From the NCBI GenBank assembly GCA_051294905.1, contig CM119371.1, positions 41,356,001 to 41,420,000 of the forward strand: a stretch of DNA of 64,000 nt, written 5' to 3'. The notes beneath the pieces were generated by a model. The model did not search any database and had not been told where the DNA came from. It worked only from the letters and a program-made list of their open reading frames with translations. The position numbers and the translations under genes are program-made. The stretch is from Botryllus schlosseri. Taxonomy: Eukaryota. This document shows, piece after piece, positions 61,690 to 64,000 of the stretch (positions within the stretch are counted from its first letter, which is position 1; each line of letters starts with the position of its first letter).

Positions 61690-62340
61690 CCTAACGAAGC
61701 GTGTCTAGCCAAGACCAGCAGTTACAAGCAGACTTTACAAAAGAAAATCATAGGATTTATTGGTTAGATTTCTATGTACTTAATGGACGAACCCTGCAGG
61801 GTAGGATTACAAGCCAATGGCAGAATTCGTGCCCGATGCCTGTGTTATGATTCAGGTGTCAGGGCATGAATCAAGGACGACATTTTATCCGAGCGTAATG
61901 CGCGCGTTCTAATAAGTCTAGGGGTGTGCTGTTTTATGTGGTCGTACAAACGTTGTGTAGTTCTTCTCACGCAGCCGCAATAGCAATGGCACTTATATTC
62001 AATTCATGGAGTACTTTACTTTGATGAATTATTCTCAGATAAATCGTCCCGTTGTGTTGCAGCGAGCAGTTGAATTGTCGTCAAAATATCGTTGGTCTTC
62101 ACTGTATCGTAAAACACTGTCTGCAGAAACCAAATGTTTTTCAAAGCGGGTGGAAATAGGAACAATTCATCGTATAGATTGGTAAAGACTTGATAAACAC
62201 GTCTCTGATTGTCCGTTCGGTACGCTCTGCGTTGAGATGTGCTAATTTCCTCTTGATGCAGCAGTTGATGACGTGTTCACGGTAACCGTTATTAGGTAAG
62301 ATATTACAGATGTTGTCAAGCTCAAAATTCAGCTCGTAAC
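61690..62340 (-). mobile_element. Decayed Penelope-like retroelement fragment (RT C-terminus plus GIY-YIG endonuclease)
   Basis: Minus-strand pieces with frameshifts and stops: ELNFELDNICNILPNNGYREHVINCCIKRK (NGYP-type motif), ISTRFEKHL, ILTTIQLLAATQRDDL, IEYKCHCYCGCVRRTTQRLYDHIKQHTPRLIR, SAIG. This is the order expected in Penelope-like ORFs. Confidence 0.8.
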
Positions 62341-62431
62341 CCTAACAGATCGGCAATTCTATGCTATAAAAGAATATATTAGCAGCTACGAGTTTATTGA
62401 AAGTCGATTCGCGGCAGAAGATAAGGTACCG

Positions 62432-62492
62432 ATGTGGATGTACAAGCATTACGTCGTGGCGGTACTAACATTGCCTTTGCTGGGCGCGATCG
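62432..62492 (+). CDS. First (signal-peptide-like) coding exon of a third, A-type paralog, presumably continuing beyond the window
   Basis: MWMYKHYVVAVLTLPLLGAI-G|gtaagt is homologous to gene A exon 1 (MGMYMYKHYIVVILTLLFLGTF-G|gtaagt). Nucleotide similarity spans about 62380-62500 vs 4650-4780. No downstream exon seen before 64000. Confidence 0.65.
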
Positions 62493-64000
62493 GTAAGTGG
62501 ATTTGTGCGGAATATTCAGCCATCTGTATAGTGGACTGTACGCTACGCTGTAAATACATTGGCGAGGGCCGGAAATAGGTATATTCACCAGATTTTCAGA
62601 TATACAGGTAGCCGAGAAAGAGACGACTTCTTAAATAGATTAGGACGCCACTATAGCTTCCGAAGACGAGATATATGGTATATCGCACATTCCGAATTAG
62701 GCATAATATATATGTGGCAGACATCCGTACCAAGTACTGGCAAATTTATGTAAATTATGAAAATATATCGGTCTTGAGTTATAATCATGGTTTGATGCCC
62801 TTGTTTAAATCATGTTTTTTATTGTGTTTTTTTAACCTATGACGTCACGAATCCCTAATTATGACTTCGCAGCGGATTGGCATTTACCGCATTTCCATAC
62901 CTTACAGTACATGGATGTTATGATCCTTTACGCCATCAGGTAGCAGAAACTGCTTCATTATATCCATTTCTTTTCGTGTACCCTACTCTCTGCCTGAAGC
63001 CAGACGAACCACCAATTCAAATTCTAAATTGAAATCGAGCGCGCTCTACCGTAACGAAGGTGGTGACCCCTCTGCGTCACAGGCAAATATGTATGTATAT
63101 TTTATTGAAATATTACCCTCAAACTTGATGGTTTGGTCAGTTGAATAATATTATTTTACATATACAATAATTTATGTGATCCTCAAATGTACCGATAGTT
63201 TATGAATGCGAAATTCATGATAATTCACTAAGTATAAATTTTCTTGAAAGTAAGCCGCAGTGACGAAGTGTTACATATAAACGGAGAAATACGCAGAAGC
63301 GTTGCGGCGATAATGGCCCAATGCGTTTATATGCCCAAAAAGTGTGTCTGTACGCAGAATAAAGTGTTATGAAGTGTTCAATACGACCTTGCGGATTTAG
63401 AGTGTATATGGCATTTTTACGATCAGCTATATTTTTATTAGGTTTACTAATTGCGCGAAGTGTTAACACCGTATCCGACACAACTTCTCTGTAATGCTGT
63501 TCGACTAAACTTAAACTTCGGGCCTTAAAATATGGTGGAGGGAGCCATACCATGACATTTTCTAAATTGGGGTGTTGGAGTAAATAGAGGATTAGTATCG
63601 CATTCCCATATCAATGCTATCATTTTCATCAGATGAGGCGTACGAATGCTTATTGCTTATTATGCTGTCGAAAATTTATAGCTCTTGGGATGCATCAATA
63701 TGAATCAAGCTCTGCACCTTTCGCGTAGCTAAATTTGCAGCTTTGGACAGTCCATGCGAACAAATTACGATCGTTTTTACAACTACTTACTTACTTGAGT
63801 ATATTTAAAGTCAGTCAATTTTACGGGACTACTTCTACTGCTACCTGAGTAGATTTTTGCGTCGCTACTTCTATTTCTACTTGAGTAGCTGTCTTGACTA
63901 CTTTGACCACCTCTGACAACTTCTTAATGGGGTAATATCTGTAGCAAGTAAAGAAACCCGTTTTACACCCTGTTCAATATCAACGCCGCAATACTCAGGC

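Overview
Repeat-rich, intron-containing animal genomic DNA, probably a marine invertebrate (tunicate-like; organism is inference only). It is not prokaryotic, and most ORFs in the supplied track are spurious. The window holds a tandem array of + strand adhesion GPCR genes (GAIN/GPS plus 7TM) that I reconstructed by hand from splice sites and paralog alignment. Gene A (4705-25020, 15 exons, about 687 aa) has a short N-terminus. Gene B (38290-53311, 16 exons, about 890 aa) adds a Thr-rich mucin stalk and a SEA domain with a G|SVVV motif. The first exon of a third, A-type copy lies at 62432. Introns and spacers are packed with nested DNA transposon derivatives (hAT, piggyBac-like, Kolobok-like, TA-target), L2/CR1 LINE 3' ends, tRNA-like SINEs and a decayed Penelope-like element. 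A very young non-autonomous LTR element has identical 549-bp TG...TA LTRs and one 602-aa ORF. Main leads: (1) a 2-nt frameshift in gene A exon 2 that makes its splice phases fit, while the same junction in gene B is out of phase; (2) candidate minimal hammerhead ribozymes in a 286-bp palindrome and in matching introns of both genes; (3) an LTR element with no tRNA PBS and possible self-priming complementarity; (4) two different hAT elements inserted at the same 8-bp site in two copies of one repeat.
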